A stretch of 64,000 nucleotides of DNA, from contig CM082576.2 of assembly GCA_040954595.2 (NCBI GenBank), forward strand, positions 482,648-546,647. Reading direction: 5' to 3'. The position numbers and the translations under genes were made by a program. The notes under the pieces were generated by a model, which saw only the letters and a list, made by a program, of their open reading frames with translations, ran no database searches and was not told where the DNA came from. Of this stretch, positions 23,201 to 37,010 are shown one piece after another (position 1 is the first letter of the stretch; each line of letters starts with the position of its first letter). This DNA is from Balanoglossus misakiensis (lineage: Eukaryota > Animalia > Hemichordata).

Positions 23201-26200
23201 ACCTCTCAAGTTCGCCACTTCTTTTGTAGTTTTATTATCTTTCTTCAAAAGCTTCATCTTCATCCTTGATTGTCAGAATTTCATTCAAGAATCTTCACAA
23301 GTGTTATTATTTTTTTACTTTATCATCAGTAACAAAAAGACAACCTTCATACCATCTTGGTCGTCGTTGATTTCAGTGCGACACATTTTGATCATCATCT
23401 ATTTGCCGCTGTTGATCACTATGGCCGATAGGTTTCTTCGTCCGGCATTCAGCAAGAGATTTTACCGGAGATTGTTCAGTTTAATCAAGACGTATCTCGA
23501 TGATACTGCGCACAGGTACACCAACTCTCTGCAAAGAATTTCTTGTTTTCGGACTTGAATATTATCGGCGCTTGAAGTTAATTTTCTGAAGTGCAAATGA
23601 TCGGTTCTTAAGGAGGGTCAGTACGGACGTCCTCGACACCGTTTGGACGCATAGTTTTGTCCCGATCGATCTGCCTGGGAGACTGCGTATTAAATAATGT
23701 CCCCCAAGCGGATTTATCGTGATAACCCCAGTCAACCTTTGTATGAATTATTTCCCTTTAGTCCAAAGGGGTTTAAAATTCAGGTCATGTCTAGATTTTA
23801 GGTGTTTATGCGCTATAAAAAACTATCAAACGGTCAATCTTATGATCTGTGCAAGCAATTAATCGTCATCGGAGTGTCGCTTCAAGAGGCTGAGTGTGAC
23901 TGGGTGCCAGGATTTGTCTAGATCCCCGTTCAAATAAACTTGCTGCTGCAGCCGCCGTGCAGATTGGCACCGAGTTTTTTTCTGTCGTCGGCCACCGATT
24001 ACAGAACACGATAGCCGTTTCTGTGATGGTTGGTCTCAAGGACAAAGGCCCAACAAGCGGTTGACATCAAGTGGTTTACCCGTCAGACGACAAACGGCGG
24101 GCCCACAAGTCTGGGCTTACCTTGACACCTAAACCATGTTTGGACCACTCACTTTGTCAATTTACGTTTTTACAATACGCCCATAAACCATGCAGAAAAT
24201 CGATCCGATTTTTAATCATTGTAAGAGAACGGCGATAAATAAAAAAGAACTTTGCAAAGGCGACGGACGGGTGTTCGGGGCGTCAAACTTTACGCCGCAC
24301 GGCACGCCCTGAAAATGTGCCCACCACAGTCGAGTCAACGTCATCGCGATAACAGAACAGGTACATTGGCTCTTCCATGCAAGTCTCGGCAGATCAAACC
24401 AACTTTTTTAATGTTTTGTACCAAAAAGAATGACTAATCTGCATTGTGGTTATACGAATTCATCAAGGACATTTGGCGTGTCAATGGCTCAGAGTTCCTC
24501 AGTTTTTGTATCGAACTATTTCGTCGTCTGAAACTTATAAAATGATTCAGATTACAGATTCATATTTTATCATAATGTTAACAGGTGGTAGTGAGAGCCA
24601 TGCAGGACGCATCGTTGAAAAATATGTTTTCGTGTTTGTGACAAAAATGGTCGGATGATACTCGGAGCGAGGAGAAGGGTTATCTTTGATTCACCTGCTG
24701 CCTTAGGCCTTAGGCCAAGCTCGTCCAGCTAACACCGTGACAATTGAATATGCCAAGCCTTGGAATAGTCAGTCTTATCTGGCCAAGATGAGATGTGATG
24801 AGGTCTGGGCGGCAAACGATAAGCAAGAGCGACCTGGCACGGTTTTGTTTCATCCCCAGATTATTAAATAAACTTATTATATTAAACGCTCATTTTGTAA
24901 GGATCCTGTCACTCAATTTCTTCAAGATTAATGTTAGACTTTCCTTTATGGCGGAAATTTAATTGACGTTTTAAGGCTGCAAGAGTTTTATTTTATTTTT
25001 ATGAATCACAAAGTAATCATATCTTACTTTGAGTCGCTGTTTTCTCATTTACCTTTTCTGCATGTGTAGAGGTTTTGTTTGTTTGTATTTGCCGCGACCA
25101 TATTCCTTCAGGTAGCATATTACTCGGAGAAACAAAAGTTACATTTCGTCGACTTCACTTATTAAGTTCAAAATTGATCAACCAACTGAGAAATTTCTGG
25201 GGGAGAAAGATAGATGAATTTGCTGTAACTTTTACAGCGTCAAGCAAGAACACAATGAAATTATCGATTTCCTTTATGTGATGGCAGTAACAAATGTTTA
25301 GTCCATCAAACGAAGCCGGATCGTTCTTGGACTTTTAAAGTTTAAAACAATGATTGGACATTATCCTAATTAGCTTGAAACACGGGCCTATTCTTTTGAT
25401 GCATTTCATTTTTGATCAATATATATAATCACATGAAAAATGATAAACGCTTAACTAAGGCACATAAGAAAATTAAAGGCAAGAAAAGCCTCGAATCGAA
25501 CATAAAACAAAATCACGAAATTGTGTACCGATCATTACTAACGTGTCGTTTTGGTTGAAGTTTAATAAGTTGTCACCGACATATCAATATTCATATTGCC
25601 ATATTTTACTAATATTAAAAGGTGTTTTCTTTAAAACCGATGTGAAGACCACCAGTAGCAATGTTTGCCAGATAAAAACTCTGTATCGATTACAACCAAA
25701 GCGCTAATGTAACCGCCGGAAATGGGTAGACGATACTCCGTTTGTTAACAAAGTGACAATTTGGTGTAACATTTTTATTGATACATTTCACCTCTAATAC
25801 ATATACCGCTGTTTTGTTATGCATATTACTCCCTGATTATTTCATTGTGTATACAGTATACTTTCTCAGAAAATTGTCCGGTTTCAAATCCAGTTCACTC
25901 TCGCGTAATACTGTCCAAATAAATTTGTCCGCGGACAACTCTTCGGAATATGCAAAGCAACGTTCTATTTTTCATAAAGACGGTTTTTTCGCTAATAATG
26001 GATAATGCGTGTGTCAGTGTATGCTCTTAATTTAAGTAAACTCAAACGACATGTTACAAGCAGTAATGCTACTATAAGCAAATAAAGCATTAACATTATT
26101 GCAAATAATTGTAAATCCAGCTTTATCGTAAATTTGAAACATAAAGAATTATACACACAAATTATATTTAATAGAAACATATGATTGCTCGACATATGCC

Positions 26201-26950
26201 AATAAATGTATGCCAAAAATGCGCATATAAATAAAAATGTATATATATATATCAAACCTTCCTTCAATTTACTCCTTAATTACGTTTTCCACTTACACTT
26301 TTTTTATTTTTCATTCCTAATATTTTAACGGTGTGCTTGTGGGGGTCAGACGAACATGTCGATACCGCACCTTTTATTGAAATCAACATGAGGTTAATTT
26401 TTGTAAATTTCATTCATCCGAATTTCTCCCTGATCGGGCCAGTGCCATTAGTTAAATATCGCCGTTTGCTAAGTGTTGTTGGCAAAATTGCGTGTGCAAG
26501 CCGAGTCGGATGGACGCGCGAATCGACTCCCCGCCGAGAAATCTATTAAACAGCTCGACTTTCTGACAGAAAATGGCGTCCGTTAAAGTCATAACGATCT
26601 CTCGCTTTGTAACAGGCAGTCCGCATCTAAATCCAAAATCTAGTTATATTTCCAACTCATTAAAAAATAAGTCTACGTGTAAAATGGCAAACTGGTAAAC
26701 ATTTGAGCCGAAAATGATATGCATCGTTTTGATTTTTCCATCTAATGAATGCACTGATCGAGTGATTTGGCATAAATTGACGCTCTATCAGCTATTTAAC
26801 GACATAATTCCTCGCCGACTTCATTTATACTATTGTGTTGGCTCACCAATGTATATCTCCCTCTTCTTCAGTTGCCTTGACGCCTTCTCGTGAATGACAC
26901 TTTATTACCATATTATATTAATTTTTTTTCCTTTATCAATGTCTACCTCT

Positions 26951-27293
26951 TGATTGGGCGGAAATGTTGGAGACACGTGAGTAGCGCTTGTGTTGTTCCA
27001 TGATGGCGCTGCTTTGCTCTGCCAATACTCATTCTGTCACTTCAGTGTGAGCGGCGGGCCTGTCATTCGAGAGAGCCCCTGACAACTGATAGAGAAACCC
27101 TCACGACTTGAGAAGTGCCAACATCGCGTCAGTACTTCTTTAGCGTCGACAGTCTCAATATCGTCGCTCCAGTACTGAGCAAGGGGATAAGACTCTCGTA
27201 TTGGAGATTAATTGGATAGTCTAGTCTCTTTGGTTACAAAGAGGTCTTACCCGTTGTTCTTTTTCGTCCTCGGGACTCGAGTTTAAGGTAGGT
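26951..27293 (+). promoter_or_regulatory. Candidate CCAAT/GC-box promoter with non-coding first exon ending at 27287
   Basis: ATTGG 26953-26957 overlapping GGGCGG 26956-26961, CACGTG 26974-26979, CCAAT 27022-27026, Inr-like TCAGTA 27129-27134, donor AAG|GTAGGT (GT at 27288-27289). Confidence 0.35.
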
Positions 27294-28504
27294 TACTAAC
27301 GAACTTTGTAAATATGACAATCTATTCGCACATTTTGGAAGTTACGTACCATAACTTCCTTTCAGCGTCACGTTTCCACTCCAACCATTATCGCTTGAAT
27401 CGATTTTGAACGGAGTAACATACACTCGTTTGGGTTCTTGACACTTCATGATTTGCGGGCTCTGGAGGACTGTGTTTGTTAAGTTTAAATATTGCGACTT
27501 AAAAGTTGACGCCGATCCGAAATCTGTTGCAGCTCAACGCTCGAGAACCCTTGGGTGCAATCGCTGATGTATTTCAGATTAGTGGTACAAGTTCTAAGTT
27601 GCTGGACAAATAAAATGAACAGTTTGGCTAGACGTGATCTGTATATGAGAACCTGTGAATCAGCCGCGATCGTCAGTCCAGGACTTTGATCCTGGTCCCG
27701 CTACAAAAACTATCCTTTGACGCCTGTCGGATTCTTCCTTCAATCACGTTATTATTTTTCAGCGCCTTTCAATACCGAGCAGCGCTGTAAACATCCCAAA
27801 TATCCATATACTGTTTGGTAGACATACAGCGGCGACATAGCATCGGCTCCAAGTACGGTGTGTGGCCTAGCTCGCTGCAGGTAAAATGTGAAGGGGGACA
27901 ATTTGAGACTGTCTGTGAACCAGATCTGTACTTCAACGATCAAACGTTGATCTTTCAGCAAGTAGAGACCACTACGATCAAATAGGTCAGTGGTATGCTC
28001 TAAAAACTAGCTGATTTTGTAAACTAGTCGAGTGCAGTATGGGTCTCTTATCTGCTCTAACATCTCGTCAGGAGGAACAAATAGGGCGTTGTGGCATGGC
28101 CGCTAACTTGTTTGCCGAACCACTGGCCGGACTAGCGGAGTCCGCTGTACTGTTTTGGCGTTGTGCATCGCACCACACGGGCATTGTTGGGCCGTGCTAA
28201 CAAATTCAGCAAACACGGTGAACTGTTTATGGGTTTCTACGAGCATTTTATGAACTTTCCGGAATAGGTAAAGGTCATCCGAGGTGGTCAGAGAAAACAG
28301 TCGTCGTTATTCTGATAACTTTTCTTTATTAGAGAATGAACTAATAATTGCGAGGCTGTCGGTCAAAGTTGGCCGGGTCAGGCGTCTGCTTAGCGTGATA
28401 GATTCGAAAGCTCAGTTCCCAAATATGTATTATCCCCCAGTATTTTTCAATTCTGACGTGGCTGTCATTACAAGTGAAAAGGTCTGTTTACTTCACATCG
28501 ATGG

Positions 28505-28545
28505 TAGCCTGGTCACCATACCCAGTGTGTATGGTGACCAGGCTA
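28505..28545. mobile_element. 41-bp palindromic non-autonomous DNA transposon (17-bp TIRs with TAG...CTA termini, 9-bp TSD), AcademH-like
   Basis: TAGCCTGGTCACCATAC (28505-28521) and GTATGGTGACCAGGCTA (28529-28545) are perfect reverse complements around a 7-nt spacer. CATCGATGG is duplicated exactly at 28496-28504 and 28546-28554. The superfamily assignment is inference from termini and TSD length. Confidence 0.85.
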
Positions 28546-31528
28546 CATCGATGGCACATTTGCATGGCTTCTTTTTAATTCAAAATGGCTTCCCTTCCGC
28601 AAAGAGAACGCACTGAGCGCTTATAATCATGTGGAGTTTGTTTACGTCAAGTTTTATTGGCCAATGCATTATACATGTAACGTCTGTAGAATAATAATAA
28701 TTCAAGCAGCTTTTCTAGTTCAATATTTGAATAACCAAGTCCAATATTGTACGCATACTCGCATTTTAATTTTTATATTCAACTGGTGATCAGGTCGTGG
28801 TTTTCCGTCCAAGTTCACCCACCATCCGGCTTTTATGCCTTCAGCTGTGAACTGCCTTCACACACACGGATGCTTCGTCAATGCACTTGAACAATTCTAA
28901 TAATATTCCAGCAAAAAATAATTACTCGGTTTTGGGATGAATATACACATGTAGTGTTACGAACCAAAAACTCGCAACACAAACACCCAAACAGCAACAA
29001 CAATGATGATACACAGTACACCCAAAGTTATATGTTTCACTGCGAATCTATTTGTCACAGGAAGAAAAATAATATCATAGTACAAGCACTGAAACTTACA
29101 TGTTACTAGGGTTCTTACTGAAATATTGTAATGTCCTCAAGAAACTTGTATCAGTTCCGCGGTAATATAACACACGTGGTGAGCGGTCGCGATAATTCAG
29201 TGTTCCGTGAGTTCTCCGCACCGACCCGACGATGGTTCACGCTGGCGTGCTGCTTTCTCACACAGTTCTTTCCTGAAGTCCTCTCAGAAGAAAGTAACAG
29301 GTTCACTTCACTTACAGTTGCTGGCGTAGACATGCATTTTAAGTCCGAGAGCAACGCTGAATTCAAACCAACAGTACATACCGACGTGCTGAACTTCAAC
29401 ACCGAGCTCCCACGTGGATTACAAGATTCCAGTCCCCGTCGCTCATGGCCGAGTACAACTTGTCTGTTTTCTGGTCGGCTCACGCCACTTGACTGACGTT
29501 GCCGAGAGTCAAAAATCAAAAAGCCTAACGTAATATTCAAAATACACAGGTGTTCGGCTACTACAGCTAACGCTATGTTAATGACGTACACCCTTATTGT
29601 TCATCCACCACTGATATTTAAATTATATGCATTCGTAGTACAATCGTAACAGTAGTTATATTGAATTACTGAAGTGAATTGAAATGTCCGAAATTCAAAT
29701 GTACATGTATTAGAAATTGACCCGAGAGAACCGACTTTGCCGGGCCAACATACACGACTCTGAAAGGTGATATTTAAAAACATGAGAAGTCAAAAATCAC
29801 GACGGAAAATACAACGTCATGCGAAATTTCAGATCGTATCTTTACGTTTTGGTTCACGGTAAAGCCGCCTTTAAAACACAATGAGTAGTTTCACATTGAA
29901 CTTTTTTGCTTTGATTCTTTTTTCGACAGTCTCTTCTTTTCCACGACACCAAACCCTCCAACGTCTACCGCGCTACAAATTAAGAACGACTTCGCAAATG
30001 AACATCAGTGAGACTTTCAGTGTTTCAATTGCCAAGAAACGGTTCGTTAAGTTCTTAATAACAACTCACATAAATACAGTTCTAATTCACTGATCAGTAT
30101 AACATCAAAGACAAATAGATCTTCATTTTAATTAATAGCCAATATCATTACATTTTGATTACTAAAGTCCCTTTACCAACATTGAGCCAATAATGAGCTT
30201 GCCACTGTATTGTTGTCTCCCGCCAGGATCATCAGTTATCCTAGAAATTAAATCGGACCTTGGCACCATAGGACGATAGCGTTCGTTACATTTACATATC
30301 GTAATTTCATTAGTGCCAGAAAAGAATCTTTTGCGCGTATTTGCATCTTCCTCCGATTGGTCTTCCGTAATATGTCTTCCGGCGATCACAGAGTTGGATT
30401 AATTTGAAGAGGAGCTGTTCAATTTTGGTGTCTTATTGACTAGTACGCGTACTGGCTTTAATGGTTGGCCGGGGCATGATAATTATTTCATGTCAAAATT
30501 CATTGTAGGATAATGACCCAAAGAAACGAATTATGCGGAATATGCATTATAATTACTTGTGACGGTGTTGACTCAGACAACAAATTAAAGTCTGTAAGTT
30601 CCAATTTTCAAGTTAAAACTTTACTTCCATCCCACTTCAGATTCTTCGCAGTTGTAGGTGTCCGTCACCTACTGATCCTTTCCTAGATTTCTATCAGTCA
30701 ATGCAATCAATAGATTGCGCTCTATGATTCCCATTTGTTTTGTTCTGTTTTGTTGTCTTATGTTCCGCGTTGGGGTAATTTATCGTGGTCACGTGTTGAC
30801 AGTTTGCGCGCCTACCTTGCAGTACGCGGATCACACACGGTATTCCTCGCGGTATAGTCAGTCTCTCACACCAACGAGTCAGTGTGGCGCCGTGACGTTT
30901 GTGGCATCGCCCACCTAAAGCTAATACCACAATAAATTAATTACCTTTACGAATCATAATTGTAAAATGCATTCTCTTATTTCTTTTTATTTATGTGGCC
31001 TCCGATATCCCGTTCCATGTGTGACCAAGTTGTGTGCTTCTAATTTCGTACTGACAAACTAATCATTAAAATAGTGATACATTTGTAAAAAATCATATTC
31101 TTGAGAATCGTCTCTTAAATAATGATGTATCATCTCAAAAATTGTAGTGAAGGAAATTCAAGGTTCGGTGAAATGAAAATAACATAAAATAAAATCGATT
31201 GGCAACATTTTGATTTGTATTTTTTTGCCGTCATTTAACTTCACTTTAACGTCAGCGATGAAATGATCAACATTTAAAGCGAACCGTATTTATTTTATTT
31301 TGAGGGCAAAGTTTCTTTACTACATGTGACCGTGACAATAGACGATGGGCAACGCATTTCGTTTTACTTTTAACATGGGAGGCTGGCCAACAGGAAAATA
31401 ATCACTGCATCAAGACAGTTGTAAAATTGAAACTGAGTGCTTTCTTTGTGGGACTGTGATTGAAAGAAAGGGTAGATAGGAAACGAATACTAGTGTTACG
31501 TCGTTGGTCTGTGATCAATCATCGCGTG

Positions 31529-31530
<2 letters not shown>

Positions 31531-31626
<96 letters not shown>
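31531..31626 (+). repeat. (ATG)32 trinucleotide microsatellite
   Basis: Perfect ATG run read directly; it explains the poly-Met ORF at 31504-31686. Confidence 0.97.
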
Positions 31627-31627
<1 letters not shown>

Positions 31628-34600
31628 CATCCGTGTCGTTTAGCGCGCTTTATTTCGAAGCCACGTCACCATTAGTTTTCATGTAGTTCTGTTTCTCCAT
31701 CAATAAACGTACAAAACATGGTCATTTCTGAAGCGAAGTCGTTGGGGACGTTGATTTAATACTCAGTAGAGGCTGTGTTCACTCACCGCTCTCAGGAAGC
31801 CGGGAGCAGAAGACGCGCCGCTTCAACCAATCAGGCGCCCGTTAGCCGCGCTGGTGAGAACTGCACACAGACGCAATGCTTTGTTTGTTTTCGGCTAAGA
31901 GACTGGACGAAATTAAATTAAAATTCGATTCAATATTGACGATAACATGATTTTCGAGACTGCTCTCATTGCAATATGTTGACATTGTTCATACAGGCGC
32001 TGCCGGCAAACTCCCATCTCAACATTGTTTCTGTTACCTGAGCGAGAGCAATCCACGAGCTCTGACTGAGTGGTCTTTAAACTACGCTACATGAAAATTG
32101 TCAGGTCATCAATGCTGAGAAAATAACCTTAAAACTCAATCCGTGTGGGTTAAATTCAAAGTACTGGTCAACGGTGTTTGTGTGTGTGTGACATTTCAGA
32201 CGGCTGCGGTACTGGAATTCCAACTTGAAAAGCCACTTGTGTCGCGATCATGTCTCTTTATGGCTTTCCAGACGAAGTCGAACAAAATAGCGACATCCAA
32301 CACCGCAATTAAACTCTCAAGATAGTGTTGTCACATTTGAGCTTTGGTCACACCTACCTCCACTCCCCGCATTCTCAACAGCCAAACTCTAAACACACGT
32401 TTTGGCATGTACCTGTCAGGCGAACTCATTAAGTATTCAGAGCCCAGCAAGAAATATCGCCCGGCGAAGCAGTCCAATTTGAACAGACCTTATGCATACT
32501 CAATTTGCGCTGTTCACGTTATATTTCACCAAAGAAGTGGAAAAAACATAGGTTAGAAATCAATCACCCGGTCTCCAGATGGTTGACACGAGACTTCAAG
32601 TGGGCATCATCGAAGCAGCTAAGCAAAACTGAATGTAATCATTTCATAAATAAACAATTACTCGTATCTTATTCACATACTATTAACTTGCTATAAACTT
32701 GACTCCGTCCTTCTCTTTATGGGGGTCAGAGGTCATTCCTGTCTACACACCGTGTGTTTTGGGATATTCGAAGATAAAATTGACCTAGACCAATGCACAT
32801 CGTTTGTTATCGAGTGACTTTAAAGCCTCTAAATATTTCAGAGAGTATAGTCTCTTTCTCGTGTGTCTGCTTTTCCTGCTCACACCCGTCAGACTGACTT
32901 CCAGAATATCATTTTAAACAGTATAATACAGTGTAACGGCTTCATTAATGTCACTTATGAGTAGGCAAATCACCAGCCATTCACATCAAAGACAGAGTCC
33001 TCAAAAAGCGAGAAATCGACGATAAAATATTATATCGCTCTGATTTGTCACTTGTTCACATATTAGGCAAAGATGGAGGTCACTAGTCGGGCTAAAAGCC
33101 ATCAAAGACTCGATTCTTTGTTCGCGCTAATCAAAAATCACTTAAATCTTTTAGTTACTAAAAAGCTGCAAATGAATTGCCCGTTTAGGCTCTCAATTTT
33201 GTATTAAGCAGAAGTGGAGATTATCCGAGAAAGCCGTTCTATTACCGTAGCCAGATTTACTTCCGCGCTCTATATACATTTCTGTCAGAAATATGACTTG
33301 GAGATGTGTCGTCTGTCACGAAGCAGTGCAAACCTCGTGAACGCAATCAAAAATGCCACGTATTTGACGAAAAATACATTTAAATCAATTTGACTGCCTG
33401 AGTAGATAAGGGATTAGGTCTTTATAGATCTAGTAAATGACCGCATTTATGACTATAAATATTTATCGGCCTTGTGTTTTTCTGTAGATTTTGTTGCGAG
33501 TCTCCCTAATTATTACTCACCATGCATTGCCAGGTAAAATTTCAACGATGTGTGTTTTTATTTGAAGGGGGAATTGGACTAAATATAAATCAGACCAGCG
33601 AATGATGTAATAAGAATCGTTGAGTATTCGCCGTCTAGTCAATAAAGCATTTATCTGTTGTGGGTTTATTCAAGTCGAAGGCTTACATCCAAATCATTTG
33701 GGAGCGGGGTCACATTTCCAATTTATGACTTACAACTTAAGCCGGTTTCCTTCCCAACACAGAGCAAATTGGTCGTTACGGACAAAGCTGTGATTACACG
33801 CGTCTTTAAGGGCATTCACATTACCAAGTTGCCATGATCACCAAAAATGTTGTGATTCCGTGAAACTTACAGCAGGCACCACAAAGCGATTATTTGAATG
33901 GAAAATTACGACTGCCCGGTCTATGCGACTATTGTCAGATTCGCCTTTCGTCGGGTTTTATTTTTTCGGAGCGATGAAACGCGGTTGGAAACGGCGTGGT
34001 GAGATAAACACGAAGTATCGATCGACGAGCTGCGATTTTCCAACTGAGATAAGCGATCAAGCAACGACGAAATTTCGGTCAATGAAACGAACATAATTCA
34101 CCAGTAACTTTATGACCAGAGCGTACTTAGATCAGGTTACAAATGTTTGGGAGGTAATTATTATTTTTTTGTTCTTTTTTTTCAACGCGCAGACATGATA
34201 TCAACAATATTCAACACGTAAGCACAGACCCTGAGTGTAATCTCATTAACTTCCGAAATTTTTACACAGCTCTTTCACGGGATTATTTGTCCGTCTGTAC
34301 AAATTCGACAACATTCATCCATAATTGGCAGTTCAGGTGTTTGTTCCCCACTTCAAAACAAGTCCAGTAAGAGGATCCAAAGTGGCCTTCTCCAGCTGTA
34401 TTTGGAAGTAATGAATACAGGCATTGGGGCAAAAAATATTTAGGATGTTAAATTCTCGGGGTTCGTAGTGTTTAATATTCAAAATCATACATGGATTTAT
34501 CAGGAGTTTTCTCGACAAGAAACAAAAAGACTTAATCTGTCTGGTAGCCGAACTATGTGGCTACCTGACGAATAAAATATGTTGTGTAAAAATGGTTACA

Positions 34601-36019
34601 CAATGGAGCCCAGTGTGGCGGGACATATTTGTTTTCACCCTTCAATGTGCAGGGCTGCCCACTTGTGATCCCTAGATATGGCCACCAGTGATATATATGC
34701 TATGCGTGTGAATGGGGCGTTCTTTTTTAATGCACTTTGCTATAGTGTCTCTTTTTATATACCAACAGTTTGATTGATTATCGCTTGCAACCACTCTTTG
34801 TGCGCTATGGCAATATTTACTGTATATAGACCCTTAATACTGATGTCAGACTTTGCCGTGCTGTTCGCCATAATCCCACCAATGGCCGTGTCTCAATGGC
34901 ACCGTCTTTTGTCCGTCTAACTCGACTCACGCGGCTGCCCAATTCATCCAGCGAGGCCCTCAAGTGTGTATGACTTGTTAAGGAAATATTTTCGAAATTT
35001 TCAGTGCTTTATTTGTTCATGTAGAGCACCATTAATGGGGGCGAGGGCAAGACCTCTGGAAGCGAGACAAACACCGGTAAAGCTGGCGATGCTTGGTGTT
35101 TTCACACACCAATAAATGTCGACCCGTCCGAGGGAGACGAAAACAAATCATTATTTTGAATCGGATTAGAGCATATACGGCCGTGCTGCAGCAGCGGAGG
35201 TGATAAACCGGACATGTCCGAAATCTGACAGTCGTGACGTAAAGGAGGATAAAATTTACCGCCATTCCTATGTTGTGATGTGGCAAAGTATACGCCGTGT
35301 GTTGCAAATAACAAATAAAATAAATGCATTCGTGGCATGAGACGATGCGATGGAGTTTAAGGTGGACAACTTTATCAGAAGTTTAAATCTCCTCAAGCGA
35401 CAAAGACTCAATGATCGGCAAATAAGTAGTTTTCGAATCCTGCAACGCAAATCGGTGCATTTATTTTCAGTGCTCCCGATCCCTTTCGAGCAGCTATCGT
35501 GTTGGAAAGCAAAGCTAACGAAAACGACGTAATCGGGTATTAACAATAATGCATGTCGGCAACTTGGAACTTCAGCGGTCGGATTGGCGTGAGTTCAGCC
35601 ATGTTCGATTAGCCTTATCTTATCAACAAATCGCTAGATAGCCTAGGATCAGAAGAACACACCCTTGTGTGTAGTCTTCACGGCCAGACGGACTGCCCTC
35701 AAAACAGGGCGATACGCAATCCACCACAAGAGTTGTTACACGCAATTAAAAACTATAAATTACCGGACATGGGCGATAGCAGAGCCCCTCCGATTAAGCA
35801 TGCAAAACATCCACTTGATGTACTGTAGGTGGAGATGGTTTTATGAGGGCCCCCGAGTCAGGGCGGGCATAATGAACCCATGTTACGCTATCGATTCAAG
35901 TGCACACAACAATGACATTAGCAGTGTAATCAGCTATGTCATCCCACGGGGAGAAGTAATATGTTCCCTGGCACCTGTTGTAATCAGGTGAACGTTCAGC
36001 CACAGTTTTCAGGTAGTGT

Positions 36020-37010
36020 GCATGGACAATCGACCGTCTCTTCACACTCCCCCCTTTGTTCGCGTAATCCCGTAAAGACCACCGTGGGCTCGTTAATTTT
36101 AATCACTCCACCTTTTCTATATTTTTAACTTTTAAAAAACATTCTGAACTCTATGTTATACTTATGATAAGAGCACCGGGTGCATGCATGGTCAATTTCG
36201 AGTGATGGACACAGTGGACGGAACTAGACACAAGGTGTAAATTGTGTTTTGGTGTTGAAATCAACAGGTCAGGTGTGTAATGGGGTAATCCCTCGATTGC
36301 CGGGTGTTAATAACGCGCAAGCGTTAGCATTGTCCGCAGTAAAATAAGACAAAGGCATTGTGATGGGTTTCGTGGCCACTATGGCTTCCGCCACATATTC
36401 AATTGACATCCCCTTTGCAGCCAGGCGACAAATCAGCATACAACTGCCAGGTTCGGTAATTTATTACCCTAGCAGGTGAGAGGGCTAGATTTCTGGTGAA
36501 GTTTCAAGCAACCCATTCGCCATTAATTATTTGTGTTTGTGTGTGTGTACCAGCATTTGGTCTTTGTAAGGCTTCCTTCATCCACCAAACTCTAATCTTC
36601 CCAAAACTGAAGTGCGCAATTAGGCAGCCATCAAAGTTGAGCAGCCCTGCATTAAACCCATTCGCCTATTTAAATAAAGGCTTACACAGCGGCAGAGTTA
36701 AAAAGTCATTTTCTTATTCAACGAGTCGACAAGTAGCACGTTTCTTGTCACCTAACGCGCAAAGTACACCTTTGTTTAGCTATGAAAATTATGACCACAG
36801 ACGGTCGAATCCACCTCAAAATGCCACCTTCCCTGTGCACTGCATTGTTTGCGGTGCCACTCATCCGGGATCGGTGACAGTGAAAAATGGTGGCCTTTGC
36901 TTGTTGTGAGATTCTTAATGAGACAGGTTTTGGAGATGGATGTGGATGTTAGCAATAAAATGATCGGGACAACCAACGCCATCAGGTTGAATTCGGGTCG
37001 ACCACCCAGG
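36020..37010. promoter_or_regulatory. Candidate Hedgehog/Gli + SoxB + TCF cis-regulatory module of Nkx2.2
   Basis: Perfect Gli consensus GACCACCCA at 37000-37008. Sox-type CATTGT at 36328, 36356 and 36843. TCF-type ATCAAAG at 36630-36636. HMG-type ACAAAGG at 36349 and CCTTTGTT at 36769. Confidence 0.45.

Noticed and set aside
29131-29591. Overlapping 121-aa (+) and 146-aa (-) ORFs in a GC-richer patch
   Set aside because: No recognisable domain or convincing splice context. More likely regulatory or non-coding.
31504-31686. Poly-methionine ORF
   Set aside because: Translation of the (ATG)32 microsatellite.
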